From Octopus vulgaris (Eukaryota): a stretch of DNA of 64,000 bases. The stretch is from the NCBI GenBank assembly GCA_951406725.2, contig OX597834.1:40424001-40488000 (forward strand), given 5' to 3'. Position 1 is the stretch's first letter. The number at the start of each line of letters is the position of its first letter. Shown piece after piece: positions 1 through 14,546 of the stretch. The position numbers and the translations under genes were made by a program. The notes under the pieces are model-generated. The model worked only from the letters and a program-made list of their open reading frames with translations. It did not search any database and was not told where the DNA came from.

Positions 1-61
1 TGGCATCGATGAAATATTTGCCAGGATTGGAACGGAATCCACAGAATCTGCTATATTCTTT
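1..61 (-). CDS. Possible coding exon running off the window edge (KEYSRFCGFRSNPGKYFIDA in phase 0)
   Basis: Non-repetitive sequence directly after a minus-strand polypyrimidine tract ending ...CTCATCCTCAG; two frames are open. No homology recognised. Confidence 0.25.
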
Positions 62-63
62 CT

Positions 64-355
64 GAGGATGAGGAGAAGGAGGAGGAGGAAGGGGAGAAGG
101 GGGAGAAGAAGAAGAAGACAAAAATATGTAGAAGAAGAAGACGAAGAAGAAGAATAAAGAAGAATGAAGAAAAGAAGAAGAAGAAGAAGAAGAAGAAGAA
201 GAATGAAGAAAAGAAGAAGATGAAGGAGGAAGAGGAGAAGGGGAGAAGAAGAAGAAGAAGACAAAAATATGTAGAAGAAGAAGACGAGGAAGAAGAATAA
301 AGAAGAATGAAGAAAAGAAGAAGAAGAAGAAGAAGAAGAAGAAGAAGAAGAAGAC
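64..355 (+). repeat. (GAA)n/GA-rich simple repeat with an internal ~143-bp duplication
   Basis: GAA runs; marker ACAAAAATATGTAG at 118 and 261. Confidence 0.9.
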
Positions 356-406
356 CCCCTTCGTTCATGAATGACGATACGATATATGTGTGTGTGTGTG
401 TGTGTG

Positions 407-792
407 ATTTAACGGTGGCCATGCTGGAGCATCGCCTTCACGGTCTTAGTCGAACAAATCAACCCCAGGACTTATTTTTTAAGACCTAGTAAATATTCTG
501 TCGGTCTCTTTTGTCGAACCGCTAAGTTACGGGGATGTAAACACAACAGCATCCGGTTATCAAACGGAGGGGACAAGCGCAGACACAAAGACGCACACAT
601 AAATATATAAATATATATATATATATACGACGGGCTTCTTTCAGTTTCCGTCTACCAAATCCACTCACAAGTCTTTGGTCGGCTCAAGGCTATAGTAGAA
701 GACACTAGCCCAAAGTGCCACGCAGTGGGACTGAACCTGGAACCATATAGTAAGGGAAGCAAGTTTCTTACCGCACAGCCACACCTATGCCT
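407..792 (-). mobile_element. SINE family 1 (tRNA-derived head, CORE-like block, internal microsatellite)
   Basis: Reverse-complement match to the full copy at 4715-5131. Confidence 0.85.
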
Positions 793-794
793 AC

Positions 795-863
<69 letters not shown>

Positions 864-1070
864 GTGGAGAAGAGGTCAACGAATAGGCGAGAGACTGTAA
901 AAGTGAATATATCAAATATCGCCGTGCCAAAAGGTAACCAAGTAAAAGATAATATATTATGAACTAATTAACTGCCAAGACGTTCAACATAAAATGATAT
1001 TAAAGAAGGAGGAAGGAGGAGGAGGAGGAGGAGGAGGAGGAAGAGGTGGGGAAGTAGAACATAGCCATAG

Positions 1071-1111
<41 letters not shown>

Positions 1112-1497
1112 ATCTTACCGTATTTGTTTATCCTTTAATGTCTCGAATTCTCGACATTTTTTCAGCTGATCTAAGTCGTGCTATATTTTGTTGACAAATA
1201 TATTTGTCCTCTTACAACAAACATTACACACTCACACACACTCACACACACTTACACACACCACACATGCACACATACACACACACCACACCACATACAC
1301 ACACACACAAGGAATGCTTGGCTATCACCGTTTTCTTTTCGTAAACAAACTTAATACTCTACAAATTGTAATGAGTGATTCTTTATTTGTTTCACTGATC
1401 TTTTACGCATGATTCTACATAAAAAAAACTCTCACAAACATGCGCGCGCGCGCGCACACAGACAAACACACACACACTCACATGCGTACGCTAATAT

Positions 1498-1580
<83 letters not shown>

Positions 1581-1583
<3 letters not shown>

Positions 1584-1718
1584 CTTGCTTCCCAACCATA
1601 TGGTTCCGCGTTCAGTCCCACTGCATGGCACCTTGAGCAAGTGTCTTGTACTACAGTCTCGGGCCGACCAAAGCCTTGTGAATGGATTTCGTAAACGGAA
1701 ACTGAAAGAAGCCCGTTG

Positions 1719-1787
<69 letters not shown>

Positions 1788-1880
1788 CTGTTTGTTTGTT
1801 TTTTTCCCCCAGCATCGCTTGAGAACCGATGTTGGTGTGTTTAGGTCCCCGTACATTAGCGGTTCAGTAAAGAGACCAAT
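1581..1880 (+). mobile_element. SINE family 1, partial
   Basis: GGTTCCGCGTTCAGTCCCACTGCATGGCACCTTGAGCAAGTG... matches 4715-5131. Confidence 0.85.
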
Positions 1881-1907
1881 GGCTAACGATCTATCATGGC
1901 GACAGCC

Positions 1908-2100
1908 AGAAAAAACAAAAAGACGAAGACAAGTGTAGGAACAACAAGCAAGTGTATTTGTTTGACGCTCGGGCAAAATAGAAAAGTCTTTTATGTTTCA
2001 AGCCTATGCTCTGCAGCAGAAAGGAATAAGAAACATTATAGAGAGAGAATAAAAAACAAACGTGTAGTACTCAGCGATCCAACATGGCGAATGATTGGCG
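1908..2100 (-). mobile_element. Penelope-like pseudo-LTR remnant with degenerate hammerhead (1988-2023)
   Basis: Minus strand CUUU-CUGCUGC-A-GAGC-AUAG-GCUU-GAAA-CAUA-AAAG; abuts (TA)n; homologous to 47746-47843. Confidence 0.55.
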
Positions 2101-2106
2101 AATATA

Positions 2107-2196
<90 letters not shown>

Positions 2197-2260
2197 TATA
2201 TATATATATATCGTTTATCAAGATTTTATTTATTTCATAATATATGTATATATATATATG

Positions 2261-2692
2261 TTTATCTTTTATTTATTTCATTAGACTGCGGCCATCCTGG
2301 GGCAAGGCCTTGAAGTATCTTTAGTTGAATGCATTAACCCCAGTACTTACTTTTTAAAAGTCTGGTACTTATTCTAGCTGTCTCTCTTTTTATCGAACCG
2401 CTAAGTTACAGGAACGTAAACACACCAGTACCGGTTTTCAAGCGGTGGTGGGTGTAGGTTGCAAACACAGACAGACATAACACACACACACACACTTATA
2501 TATATACATACAAGACGGGCTTCTTTCGGTTTCCGTCTATCAAATCCACTTACAAAATTTTCGTCGTTCCGAGGTAGACATCAGTGAGAAAGTTATTTAG
2601 ATTGGCATAACACATCCAAGGTGTCACGTGGTGGTACTGAACCCGGAAACATGTGGTTGGGAAGCAAGCTTCTTACCACCCAGCCACACCTG
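2261..2692 (-). mobile_element. SINE family 1, diverged, with a 39-bp foreign insert
   Basis: Matches 4715-5131 except at 2576-2614. Confidence 0.8.
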
Positions 2693-3379
2693 GGTGAAAG
2701 CAGCCTACACCAAGAAGAAATTGATGTCATCAGTTGGTGTCCGATGAACATTAAGTATTTCGATCCTAAACCTTAACATTCTCTCATGGGAAGTTCGGTA
2801 GTGGTGGCCATCGGTTTAGCTCCTTTCTTTCCCCCCTCTCTCTCTCTTTTCCTCCTCCTCTCTCTCTCTCTACCTCTTCTCTCTCTCTTCCTCCTCCTCT
2901 CTCTCTCTCTTCCTCTTCTCTCTCTCTTCCTCCTCCTCTCTCTCTTCATCATCCTCCTCTTTCTCTCTTCCTCCTCCTCTCTCTCTTCCTCCTCTTCTCT
3001 CTTCCTCCTCCTCTCTCTCTTCCTCCTCTTCTCTCTTCCTCCTCCTCTCTCTCTTCCTCCTCCTCTCTCTCTTCCTCCTCCTCTATCTTTTCTCATCCTC
3101 TCTCTCTCTTCCTCCTCCCCTCTCTCTTCCTCCTCCTCTCTCTTTTCCTCCTCCTCTCTCTCTTACTCCTCCTCTCTCGCTCTCATGTATATTTGTGTAT
3201 CTGTCTGTCTGTATTAATATAATATGTATGTATCTATGCATTATGTATGTATACATGTATGTATTTATTTATGTTTGTGTAAATCCGTTTACGAATAGAA
3301 TAAACACATTCGCAGTGGGTGTAGTTATTTTCTAACTCATTTCTCACGAATGCGTATAGGGTCATAAATATGCTAATAT

Positions 3380-3700
3380 TTTAATCAATATCGACGTGGA
3401 GGAGTAATGGATTGTGATTAAAGTCTCGCCTAATATCATCACAGCAAAGAAACAATGTTATTTCAAACCATTATTATTATTAACACGCTAGAAGTAAAAT
3501 AACCGAACCTGGAAACTGCTAAGCTAAATACTCTATTAGTTAACAACAATGGCGTTACTATGGGGTTACATATTGGCCTATCTTTTGCCAGATTTCATAT
3601 ATGAATAATTATACTTCTCAGGATATCTGACAAGCTTCTACTTTACAACAATTGCAGGCAATATATTTCGATATGACTAATATAGCTAACAAAATTCTAT
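3380..3700 (+). pseudogene. Possible highly decayed Penelope-type reverse transcriptase fragment
   Basis: Frame at 3542 reads NNNGVTMGLHIGLSFARFHI, resembling the GxxMGSPLxPxxANxYM motif; surrounded by stops. Confidence 0.3.
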
Positions 3701-4274
3701 AAAACAGAATCACAAAAGTATGGAGTGGAGAAAAACGTTTCGCGCATAAATCATGCTATGTCTACTTAGACGGCGGCAGACATCAGTGGGAAAGTTATTT
3801 AGACTGGCATCACACAAAACTGAATTTATACATGTTTAAATGGAGTCTGAATGTGCTGTGTGATTAGTTGAAGAAAGGTATTGAGGGTAAAATTGGGAAG
3901 AGAAAGCTGTCGATACGCTTACAGAAGTGTGAAGAACAGCGCCACAAATCGTAATAAAAATACATTAAATGTAAGTCGGTTGTGACATTAATGAACATTA
4001 TTATAATTAATAAAGGTGGGCGCTAATAGTAAAAAAAAAGGGGGCGTATAAAGGATGGGTTCAATAGGTACAATATCAACTGAGAGATCTATTTATCCGT
4101 TTATCTGTCTGTCTATCTATTTATCTATCTATCTATCTATCAATCTTTCGATTTATCTTTCGCTCTATCTGTCTATCTATTTGTTTGCCTGTCTGTCTAT
4201 CTGTCTGTCTATTTATCTCTATCTATATGTTTATCTGTCCTTTGATCTTAGATAGATCTATCTATCTATCTATA

Positions 4275-4309
<35 letters not shown>

Positions 4310-4714
4310 ATATATATATATATATACATACATAGAGAGACAGAGATGAACAGAGAGATAGAGAGAGAGATCAGATAGACTGATAGATAGAGAGTGAGAT
4401 ATATATACATATCTATATACATACATACATACACACACACACACGCATATCTATATACACATACACACAAGTATACACATACAACATTCAACACACACAC
4501 GTTCTTTGTTCGATTGGGGCTTTAGTGTTTATTTTGACCGACCACCTGCTCAACTGCAAGTTGTAAAGAAAAGACACACACACACACACACACACACACA
4601 CATTGCATTTTCGTTTAGTTTTCTTACTTTCCCCTTACATTACCACGTGTAGTTTCTATTTTCGTTTTGTAACATATTTCTATTATATATATATATTAAT
4701 ATATATACATACAT

Positions 4715-5131
4715 AGGCGCAGCAGTGGCTGTGTGGTAAGTAGCTTGCTAACCAACCACATGGTTCCGGGTTCAGTCCCACTGTGTGGCACCTTGGGCAA
4801 GTGTCCTCTACTACAGCCTCGGGCCGACCAAAGCCTTGTGAGTGGATTTGGTAGACGGAAACTGAAAGAAGCCCGTCGTATATATGTATATATATGTATG
4901 TGCGTGTATGTTTGTGTGTCTGTGTTTGTCCCCCTAGCATTGCTTGACAACCGATGCTGGTGTGTTTACGTCCCCGTCACTTAGCGGTTCGACAAAAAGA
5001 GACCGATAGAATAAGTACTGGGCTTACAAAGAATAAGTCCCGGGGTCGAGTTGCCCGATTAAAGGCGGTGCTCCAGCATGGCCGCTGTCAAAATGACTGA
5101 AACTAGTAAAAAGAAAAAAAAAAGAAAAAAA
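4715..5131 (+). mobile_element. SINE family 1, full-length reference copy
   Basis: Pol III-like boxes TGGCTGTGTGG and GGTTCAGTCCC, CCTTGGGCAAGT CORE-like block, internal TA/TG tract, A-rich tail; about ten related copies in the window. Confidence 0.9.
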
Positions 5132-5406
5132 ATATATAATATACTTATTTAAAAAGAAAATGGCTGTCTTGTTCTGATCGTCCTCCTTTTGCGAGACCAT
5201 TCAACCGTTAAATTTAAGAAAGCCTTCACAACTTTTATTGCCCCAGATATCACGGTAATGTGCAACTTATGATTCACGGAGCTACGTTCATTTCCCTAGA
5301 ATTCAAGAACTTTGAACCGTGTGTGTGTAAGTGCGACAGACTTCTACCGATTTCTACCAACCAAATTCACTCAAAAAGCATTATACTATAGCCCGGGGCT
5401 ATAGAC

Positions 5407-5582
5407 CATTGCTCCGCAACCGGTTTGCCGTGGCACACGAGACGATGCTAGGTGTGCCGCAGTGTAAACCTGAATATAATTTTTTCTCCCTATCCGTTTA
5501 GCTATGTTTGTAGTTCAGGTGTGCCAGCGAATTTCGAAAAGAATATATAACTGCACAAGTGATAAAAAGTTGCGGAGCTCTG
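5407..5582. mobile_element. hAT-type MITE inserted in an old family 1 SINE (5340-5672)
   Basis: Terminal inverted repeats CATTGCTCCGCAAC / GTTGCGGAGCTCTG; degenerate 8-bp flanks CTATAGAC / CTGCAGAT; SINE sequence continues on both sides. Confidence 0.65.
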
Positions 5583-6329
5583 CTGCAGATGACACTCGTT
5601 CATGGTGCAATGCAATGAGACTGAACCCGAAATCCCATGGTTGCAAAGCGAACTTCTTAACCTCTCAGCCATACACGTGTAACAAAGCCCATCTAATTTA
5701 ACTATTTTATTCATATATTCTAATCCCACATTTCTGTCGGTGTATATCATTTCTAACTCCTCATAAACATCCAGCTATCATAAATCACCATTTTTATTCC
5801 TGTATTGTTCTCAAGGCAAATTTTTATTTTCTCTTTCAGCTCTGTTTCGATTTCGTTTTTGTATTTGCTTTGCACCAGTGCGTGTGTTATTTTTTATTGG
5901 CGTAATGAACCTCTCAAGATATATTTTTTTGTTTTCTATTTGGTGCCTTGTCTTCACTTTTCACCTCCATTCATCCCTACTCACTCCTCCCTCTCCCTCT
6001 CTCTCTCCCCACCTTTTCTTTCAGTTTTTATATCTCCCACTTTGTCACCCCTTCCTCCTTCCATAAACACTCTGTTTTTTATTCTGTCTTTTTTCCTCAT
6101 TCTTACAAAATTTCTTTCCTTATACTTCACGATATGTATTCCCCACCTTTTCTCTCTTCCTCTTCTCTTCTCATTCTTCCTCTTTCTTTCCTTCTTTCTT
6201 TCTTTCCTTTTCTCCATCCTCATTCATCTCCTTCTTTTTCTCTTTCCCTTTCTTTTCACTCTTCTTCAGTCCATTCGTCACTCGTCTACCCTTCGTTATT
6301 TTCCCCATCTCTTTCTCTCCATATTTTTC

Positions 6330-6700
<371 letters not shown>

Positions 6701-7306
6701 TTCGTCTTTCTAAATATTTTTCTTTCGCCTCACGCCTTTATATATATATATGCATGTATACATATATCATGCATGTACGTACGTACGTACGCACGCCTGT
6801 ATATTTCAATATTGATTTCACTATATCAGACCAAACACTCCATAACACTAACCCATAACAAACATATTCACATTTTTACAAATAGGTTTCAAAGACAAAC
6901 AACACAAACCAATAAATACAACACAGAAACACATACAAAAACAGCAAAAACAAACACATTTAATGTCACTGAGTAATTCTGTCAAGATTTTCTGTTCGTT
7001 TGGCTTTAAATCATTACTTTTGCAATGTTCTGGTGGGTTTTTTTTTCTTTTTATTGTATTTTAGTTTTAATATAATTTCCTTTTTTGTTTCATTTTTATT
7101 TGGTATTTGATATTTTTATTATAATATATTTTTATGTATTTTTATATGTTTATGTAATGTTTTTTTTTGACGATTTCATTTAATAAAATAATTGAAGAAT
7201 ACACGGAACATTTTGAAATGACTTGGAGCATGCTTCTGTCTTTTATTATGAATTGATTTAAATCGAAGCGTTTGATGAATACATACATACACACATACAT
7301 ACACAC

Positions 7307-7405
<99 letters not shown>

Positions 7406-7422
7406 TACATATATATATATAT

Positions 7423-7642
7423 ACATTTTGTCACAAAATGTGACCTCGTGTGTACCGTTGGCGATTTTTTTTCCTCTGTCTTCCCTTCTCTAGATCTTTC
7501 CTTCTCCTATGTTTCCGATGAAGAGCTCCGCTCGAAACGTTAAACCCTCCTTCTTTCCTTCTTTCCTGAACGTCCAATAATACTATATTTGTTCCACGTC
7601 CTCGCGTTGTTGTGTTTTTTGGTTTTCTTGTTTGGATTAACT
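7423..7642 (+). mobile_element. Penelope-like pseudo-LTR remnant, family A
   Basis: Homologous to 11351-11571 (minus) and 51793-51891; follows (TA)n; 5' hairpin ACATTTTGT-C-ACAAAATGT; contains a hammerhead motif. Confidence 0.65.
7511..7545 (+). ncRNA. Minimal type I hammerhead ribozyme motif (C4 variant)
   Basis: GUUU-CCGAUGA-A-GAGC-UCC-GCUC-GAAAC-GUU-AAAC; palindromic collapsed helix III. Confidence 0.65.
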
Positions 7643-8384
7643 TTATATAAGGACAAAGCACTCAAGGAAAAATTGCATGATAAAATGAAGAAATGCGTCA
7701 GTGTGGATGGTAAGGTGCCTGAACACCTACTGCAAGAGGTGTCCATCATTACGACATCGAACGTACAAACGAATGTGGGTCCCGAGTTCGACTGAAGCTA
7801 GATTCGTTTCTGCTAATGCTTAAGAGAACAATCAAGCACACACACACACACACACAAAGAAACCGGTAAATCAGAACTGTAACGCAGCTTGGGATCTTCG
7901 TCTCAAAACACTTGGTTGTTGATGCTAAGTCTACTGAGAAAGGGATGAATGCCTCAGAATCCCATCTTCGTCTTCTGTTTAGTAAAAGGAATAAAACTTT
8001 TATCCTATCTTTGCAGTTCAACATGTTACCTCAGGTATCAGGTAATGTTTAAATATTGAGAGGGAACAGGAGGGAGGGAGAGGGAGAGGGAGAGAGAATG
8101 AATTGAAGGGGAAGAGGGTGAGGGAGGGCGGAAGAGAGAAGATGAGAGAGAGAGAGAGAGAGAGTAAATCAAAGGGAGAGAGAAACAAAAGAAGAAGAGG
8201 AGGAGGAAGGGGGATTGAGAGAGGGTGGGGAGGAGAGATGGAGAGAGAGTAGAGGGAAGAGGAAGAGGTAGGGAGAAAGAGAAAGTAGAGAGAGTGAGAG
8301 ATAGTGGGAGAGATAGGGAGAGATAGGAAGAGGTAGGTGGGAGTGAGACGGATGTACGAAGAAAAGGAAGAGAGAAGCGGGAGA

Positions 8385-8745
8385 GAGAGAGAAAGAGAGA
8401 AGCAAAGAGAGAGAGAGAAGCAAAGAAAGAGAGAGAAGCAGAGAGAGAGAGAGAAGCAAAGAGAGAGTGAAGCAGAGAAAGAGAGAGAGAAGCAAAGAGA
8501 GAGAGAATCAGAGAGAGAGAGAAGCAAAGAGAGAGAGAGAAGCAAAGAGATAGAGAGAAGCAAACAGAGAGAGAAGCAAAGAGAGAGAGAGAAGCAAGGA
8601 GAGAGAGGCAAAGGGAGAAAGAAGCAAAGAGAGAGAGAGAAGCAGAGAGAGAACGGCAGAGAGATAGAGAGAAGCAAAGAGAGAGAGAAGCAGAGAGAGA
8701 GAGAAGCAAGGAGAGAGAGGCAAAGGGAGAAAGAAGCAAAGAGAC
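8385..8745 (+). repeat. GA-rich minisatellite (GAGAAGCAAAGAGAGA-like units)
   Basis: GAAGCA marker recurs about every 16-18 bp. Confidence 0.85.
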
Positions 8746-9497
8746 ACAGAGGGAGGGAGAGACGTGGAAAAGAGAAGAAGTGGCGGAGAGAGAGAGAGAG
8801 TGAGAGAGGAAGGGAGGGAGGGAGGAAAATATAAACAAAAACAAACATACGTAAAATAAATTTTAAAAAAAGAAGTAAACAAGAGCAAATCCATAAAAAC
8901 GACAAGAATAAAGGAGAGCAATGCTGGAGAGAATGGTGTGCATTGAGAGCATTTGCATTTACTTGCACCAGCATGTACATTTTGTGTGCATTAGCATATG
9001 TTATTGATGCAATAAATCTGTGCACGATTCACTGTCATTTGGTTCTTGAATGGACAAGGAAAATGGAGATAAAATTACGATTCTGTAACAATTGGAACGA
9101 ACGTCTCCTCCCCTCCCCCCCACCCGGGGCTTGGCATCACCGCCATCACCACACACCGCTACTAACGTTGTCGCCAGACTTTACCGTTGTCGGCGGCATC
9201 GGCGCCGTCGTCGTCGTCGTCGTCGTCATCACCCATCATCGGCGCCATACTTGTTGCTGCTGTCAGACATCACCACAAGCATCGTAGTCAAAACAAGGAG
9301 CATTGCCACCAACAGCAGCAACAGCGGCAGCAGTAGCAGAAGTAGCAGCAGTAGCAGCAGTAGCAGCAGCACCGCCGCCACCAATGACAACAACAAAAAT
9401 AGCAATGCCAAGAAAAGGTGACAGAGAAGGTATGTTTGAATATGGAAGCCAGCAAAAAAAACATAGGTAGGCAGACAAACGGACAGACAGTGAGTAT

Positions 9498-9593
<96 letters not shown>

Positions 9594-9965
9594 GAGATAG
9601 ATAAATAGATAGATAGACGGACGGACAGAGAGTCAGATAGACAGGCAGACAGACAGATAGATAGATTGATAGATAGCAATAACATCGGCACCTCAATCGC
9701 AACAAATGTCAGAGCTAACAACTCTTCTGCGCGACCACCGCCACTCCTCACCTTCACTACAACCACCACGTAACCCTCTACTAACACCACCACCGCCACC
9801 ACCACCACAACCATCTCCACCACCTCCTCCACCGCCAATATCACCAGTTTGTCCAGTACCACCAACACGACCGCTTCATCTGACAACTATTTATGTACAC
9901 AGCATATGTGTACTTACCTGTCAGTGTAGTATAAAATGCGTGTGATTATCTGAGTGTGTGTGTAT

Positions 9966-10040
<75 letters not shown>

Positions 10041-10404
10041 TGTATGTGTGTGTGTGTGTGTTTGAATAATAATATGTGTCGATGTTTCTGTGTGTTCTTT
10101 CAGTTGAAGCGGAAGTGCACAGTTTTGGGTGCCATCTTGTTTTAGAAGTGAAGCAACAGAATTTTCACAAGGTTTATTGTCAGAGGTTGTAGTGTGGAAG
10201 AGACAGAGACGGAATGGTTACGGGTGATGGGATGGGTGGTGGATGATGAAAGAGGAGAAGGGGACGGGCAGAGAATGAAGGTGGAAATAATAAGATGGAC
10301 GCAGCGGGGGTAGGATGTGTTTGAATGCGAGGTAAGGGAGTTCTAACGATAGGTAGAGAGTCTGGGAAGAGGAAGGCCGACATACAGACTGGTGGAAGGG
10401 TGGA

Positions 10405-10642
<238 letters not shown>

Positions 10643-10793
10643 ACATTTGATCACTACAAACAAATCATTTGTGGAGGTCGATCGGTAAAAGCTGACTCCT
10701 CATAAGTCGTCTGCGACGGGTGTGTGTGTGTGTGTGTATATGTACATATGTATGTATATATGTATACATATATATATGTATATATATATATAT

Positions 10794-11185
10794 CTTTACT
10801 CTTTACTCTTTTACTTGCTTCAGTCATTTGACTGCGGCCATATTGGAGCACTGCCTTTATTCGAACAAATCGACCCCGGAACTTTTTCTTTGTAAGCCCA
10901 GTGCTTATTCTATCGCTCTCTTTTGCCGAACCGCTAAGTGACGGCGACGTAAACACACCAGCATCGGTTGTCAAGCAATGCTAGGGGGACAAACACAGAC
11001 ACACAAACATACACACACATATATATACATGCATATATATATACGACGGGCTTCTTTCAGTTTCCGTCTACCAAATCCACTCACAAGGCTTTGGTCGGCC
11101 TGAGGCTATAGTTGAAGACACTTGCCCAAGGTGCCACGCAGTGGGACTAAACCCAGAACCATGTGGTTGGTAGGCCACTCCTGCG

Positions 11186-11188
<3 letters not shown>
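10794..11188 (-). mobile_element. SINE family 1, near full-length
   Basis: High identity to the reverse complement of 4715-5131, with a short deletion in the head. Confidence 0.9.
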
Positions 11189-11223
<35 letters not shown>

Positions 11224-11224
<1 letters not shown>

Positions 11225-11325
11225 TCAAATACCAGTGGTAGAGTAATATGCTTTCCGACGAACGGGAACGTGTAACTCTGAGTAACACCTTTTGTTATAT
11301 TTCTGCTGCTTTTAAATAAAGTACA
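11224..11325 (+). mobile_element. (TA)n-embedded island, family B, with degenerate hammerhead
   Basis: CCGACGA-ACG-GGAA-CGU-GUAA-CUCUGAGUA at 11255-11284; homologous to 47595-47680. Confidence 0.55.
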
Positions 11326-11350
11326 TATATATATATATTTGTATGTATAT

Positions 11351-11567
11351 AGTTAATCTAAACATGAACAAAGAGAAAACACAACAACGCGAGGACGTGG
11401 AACAAGTATAATGTTATTGGACGCACCAGAAAGGAAAGAAAGTAGGAGGATTTGACGTTTCGAGCGGAGCTCTTCATCAGAAATATAGAAAAAAAAAGGA
11501 AAAAACCAAAGAAGGGAAGACGGAGAAAGAAAATCGCCAACGATGCACACGCGGCCACTTATTGAAA

Positions 11568-11571
<4 letters not shown>
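11351..11571 (-). mobile_element. Penelope-like pseudo-LTR remnant, family A
   Basis: Homologous to 7423-7642; TA-rich repeats on both sides. Confidence 0.65.
11450..11484 (-). ncRNA. Minimal type I hammerhead ribozyme motif, canonical core
   Basis: AUUU-CUGAUGA-A-GAGC-UCC-GCUC-GAAAC-GUC-AAAU. Confidence 0.75.
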
Positions 11572-11622
<51 letters not shown>

Positions 11623-11776
11623 TAATGCATACATATATACATATATATATATATTATTTATACACAATACACACGCATATGTATGTCTATCTATCTACCT
11701 ATTTATCTATCTACCTATCTGTCGATCTATTGATATATCTATCAATCTATCGATCTATCTATTTATCAATCTATTG

Positions 11777-11832
<56 letters not shown>

Positions 11833-12423
11833 GTGCTTCTGTATATTCCAAAGCCTATACAGGCATTAGGCTCCTGCCTGTCTGGATAAAATATTAATCT
11901 ATAGATCTACCTGAACGACATTATTACGACCGCAACAGCAAGCGGTTGCATGAGACCGTTGTTCGTCCAGGTGACAGCACCGCCAGTCACTTCTGCTGTG
12001 GATTTTTCCTTAACATCATACGTTGTAGAACCTATCTACATATTCGGCACCAGCTTGGCTGCTGTTCAGAGCTGGGGATAAGCTAATTATATATTATACA
12101 GCAACACGCAAAACGCTTTCCATCGTTATCGCCATTACGTATGTGTACGATGAAATACGTGGATGGACTTCTATGGAATCGCACACACACACATACACAT
12201 CAAGATATACTGTGATATACATAGGGACACAAATTAACATACATAGGGACACAAATTAACACATACTCAAGTGCGCATATATACACGCGCATATGAACCC
12301 AATCGATATATCGATTAATACATACATACCCATACACGTGTATGCGTATAAATTTTAATAAGCTTATTATATATACATTTGTACGTACGATTCTATAACT
12401 GCACATACATATGTATATACATA

Positions 12424-12728
12424 CTTTTATCCTTTCTTTTTACTTGTTTCAGTCATTTGACTGTGGCCACGCTGGAGCACTGCCTTTAGTCGAGCAAATC
12501 GACCCCAGGACTTATTCTTTGTAAGCCTAGTACTTATTCTATTGGTCTCTTTTGCCGAACCACTAAGTTACGGGGACGTAAACACACCAGCATCGGTTGT
12601 CAAGCGATGTTGGGGTGATCAACAAACACAGACACACAAACATACACACATATATATATACATATATACGACGGGTTTCTTTCAGTTTCCGTCTACCAAA
12701 TCCACTCACAAGGCTTTGGTCAGCCCGA
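12424..12728 (-). mobile_element. SINE family 1, lacking head
   Basis: Matches the 3' two-thirds of 4715-5131. Confidence 0.85.
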
Positions 12729-12874
12729 AGCATGTGGTCTGCCCTCTCAGCTTCAATGTGGTTGTACCCGAAGTATACACCCGAGCTTTGTCCCCTGTGA
12801 GAGAATATGGAGTAATCCGTTTGGAGTGAAACTTAGCTTGGATTTTTGAAGAGAGAAAACGTTACCACCTAATT

Positions 12875-13298
12875 CATATATATATCTTTACTACCCACAA
12901 GAGGCTAAACATAGAGAGGACAAACAAGGACAGACAAACGGATTAAGCCGATCATATCGACCCCAGTGCGTAACTGGTACTTAATTTATCGACCCAGAAA
13001 GGATGAAAGGCAAAGTCGACCTCGGCAGAATTTGAACTCAGAACGTAAAGACAGACGAAATACCTATTTCTTTACTACCCACAAGGGGCTAAACACAGAG
13101 AGGACAAACAAGGACAGACAAAGGGATTAAGTCGATTATATCGACCCCAGTGCGTAACTGGTAATTAATTTATCGAACCAGAAAGGATGAAAGGCAAAGT
13201 CGACCTCGGCGGAATTTAAACCCAGAACGTAACGGCAGACGAAATACGGCTACGCATTTTGCCCGGCGTGCTAACGTTTCTGCCAGCTCGCCGCCTTA
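12875..13298 (-). mobile_element. SINE family 2 tandem dimer with 13-bp TSD
   Basis: Two ~184-bp bodies behind one tRNA-like head; TTACCACCTAATT at 12862-12874 and 13299-13311; central GCCTTTCATCCTTTCNGGGTCGATAAAT block. Confidence 0.9.
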
Positions 13299-13683
13299 TT
13301 ACCACCTAATTTGTATATTACTAATGATCACGATATCTGGATCAATAAAGGTCAGCGGGACCTTCTTAAACAATGATGGGTGAATTGTTGAGCAAAAGAT
13401 AGCGACAAGAACTGTCTTTCTTTTATTATTTATACATCGTTGTTTTGCATTGTTATTGTAAAGCAGGTGGCAACGCAAAATATACATTAAAATTTGCTGT
13501 CTACGAGATACTCGTACATTTATAATCATTAGGGGAAAAGTCTAGACGTACAAACGTATACATACATATGAACATACATACATACATACGCATACATATA
13601 CATACATTCATATGTACATGCATATGTTCATACGTACATAAATACATTTACACATACATATATATACATTCATACATACACAC

Positions 13684-13732
<49 letters not shown>

Positions 13733-13743
13733 CATTCATACAT

Positions 13744-13797
<54 letters not shown>

Positions 13798-14546
13798 TCA
13801 TACATACATATATACATACACACACACTTATATATACATTCATACACATATACACATACATACACGCACACATAACTACTACTACTACCATCACCACAAT
13901 CACCACTACTACTACTACTACTACTACCACCACCGCCACTACTACTACCACCATCACCGATACTACTACTACCACCACCACCACTACTTCTACCACCACC
14001 GCCACTGATGCATCACTACCACCACCTCCACTGAGGTTGTTGTCATGAACGACAACAACAACAACAGCAACCACAACTGCAGCAGCAACAACAACAAATA
14101 CATTGACAGCAGCATCAACAACAACAACAGCAATAACAAAACAAAACCCCACCAACGTCAACAACAACAATAACATCAGCGGCGACAACAACAAAAATAA
14201 AGCCAACAAGAAAAACTCTACCTACAACAATACATTGAAAAGACCCCCAATGAAATATTGGCCGGGAACGTTGATGTTAAAAATCTTTTATATTTCTCCG
14301 CCACACCACCACTACCCTCCCCCACCTACCCACCCCTTTATTCCTCCCCAGAGACAACTTCAAATCTATTTTCATTCAACAATATCTCTCCTTCTTTCTC
14401 TCGTTCTCTTTGTGTCTGTTCCTGTCCAAAAACCCACGTTTCTAACTTTTCTTCTCTTTTCAGACGATTTTTTTATCATTTTTCTATGAGCAATCAACAT
14501 TTATGTACTTTTATTCTTCGCCATTCTTCATTCTCCAGCTCGCCGT

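Noticed and set aside
2720-2770. Minus-strand GAAA...CUGAUGA suggesting a type II hammerhead
   Set aside because: Helices I and III do not pair in register, and the helix II closing pair is C:C.
3730-3790. Minus-strand CUGAUG...GCGAAACGUU hammerhead-like fragments
   Set aside because: A9 is missing and there is no helix I; at most a decayed relic.
4715-4790. tRNA gene
   Set aside because: The tRNA-like sequence is the head of a multicopy SINE; no full cloverleaf.
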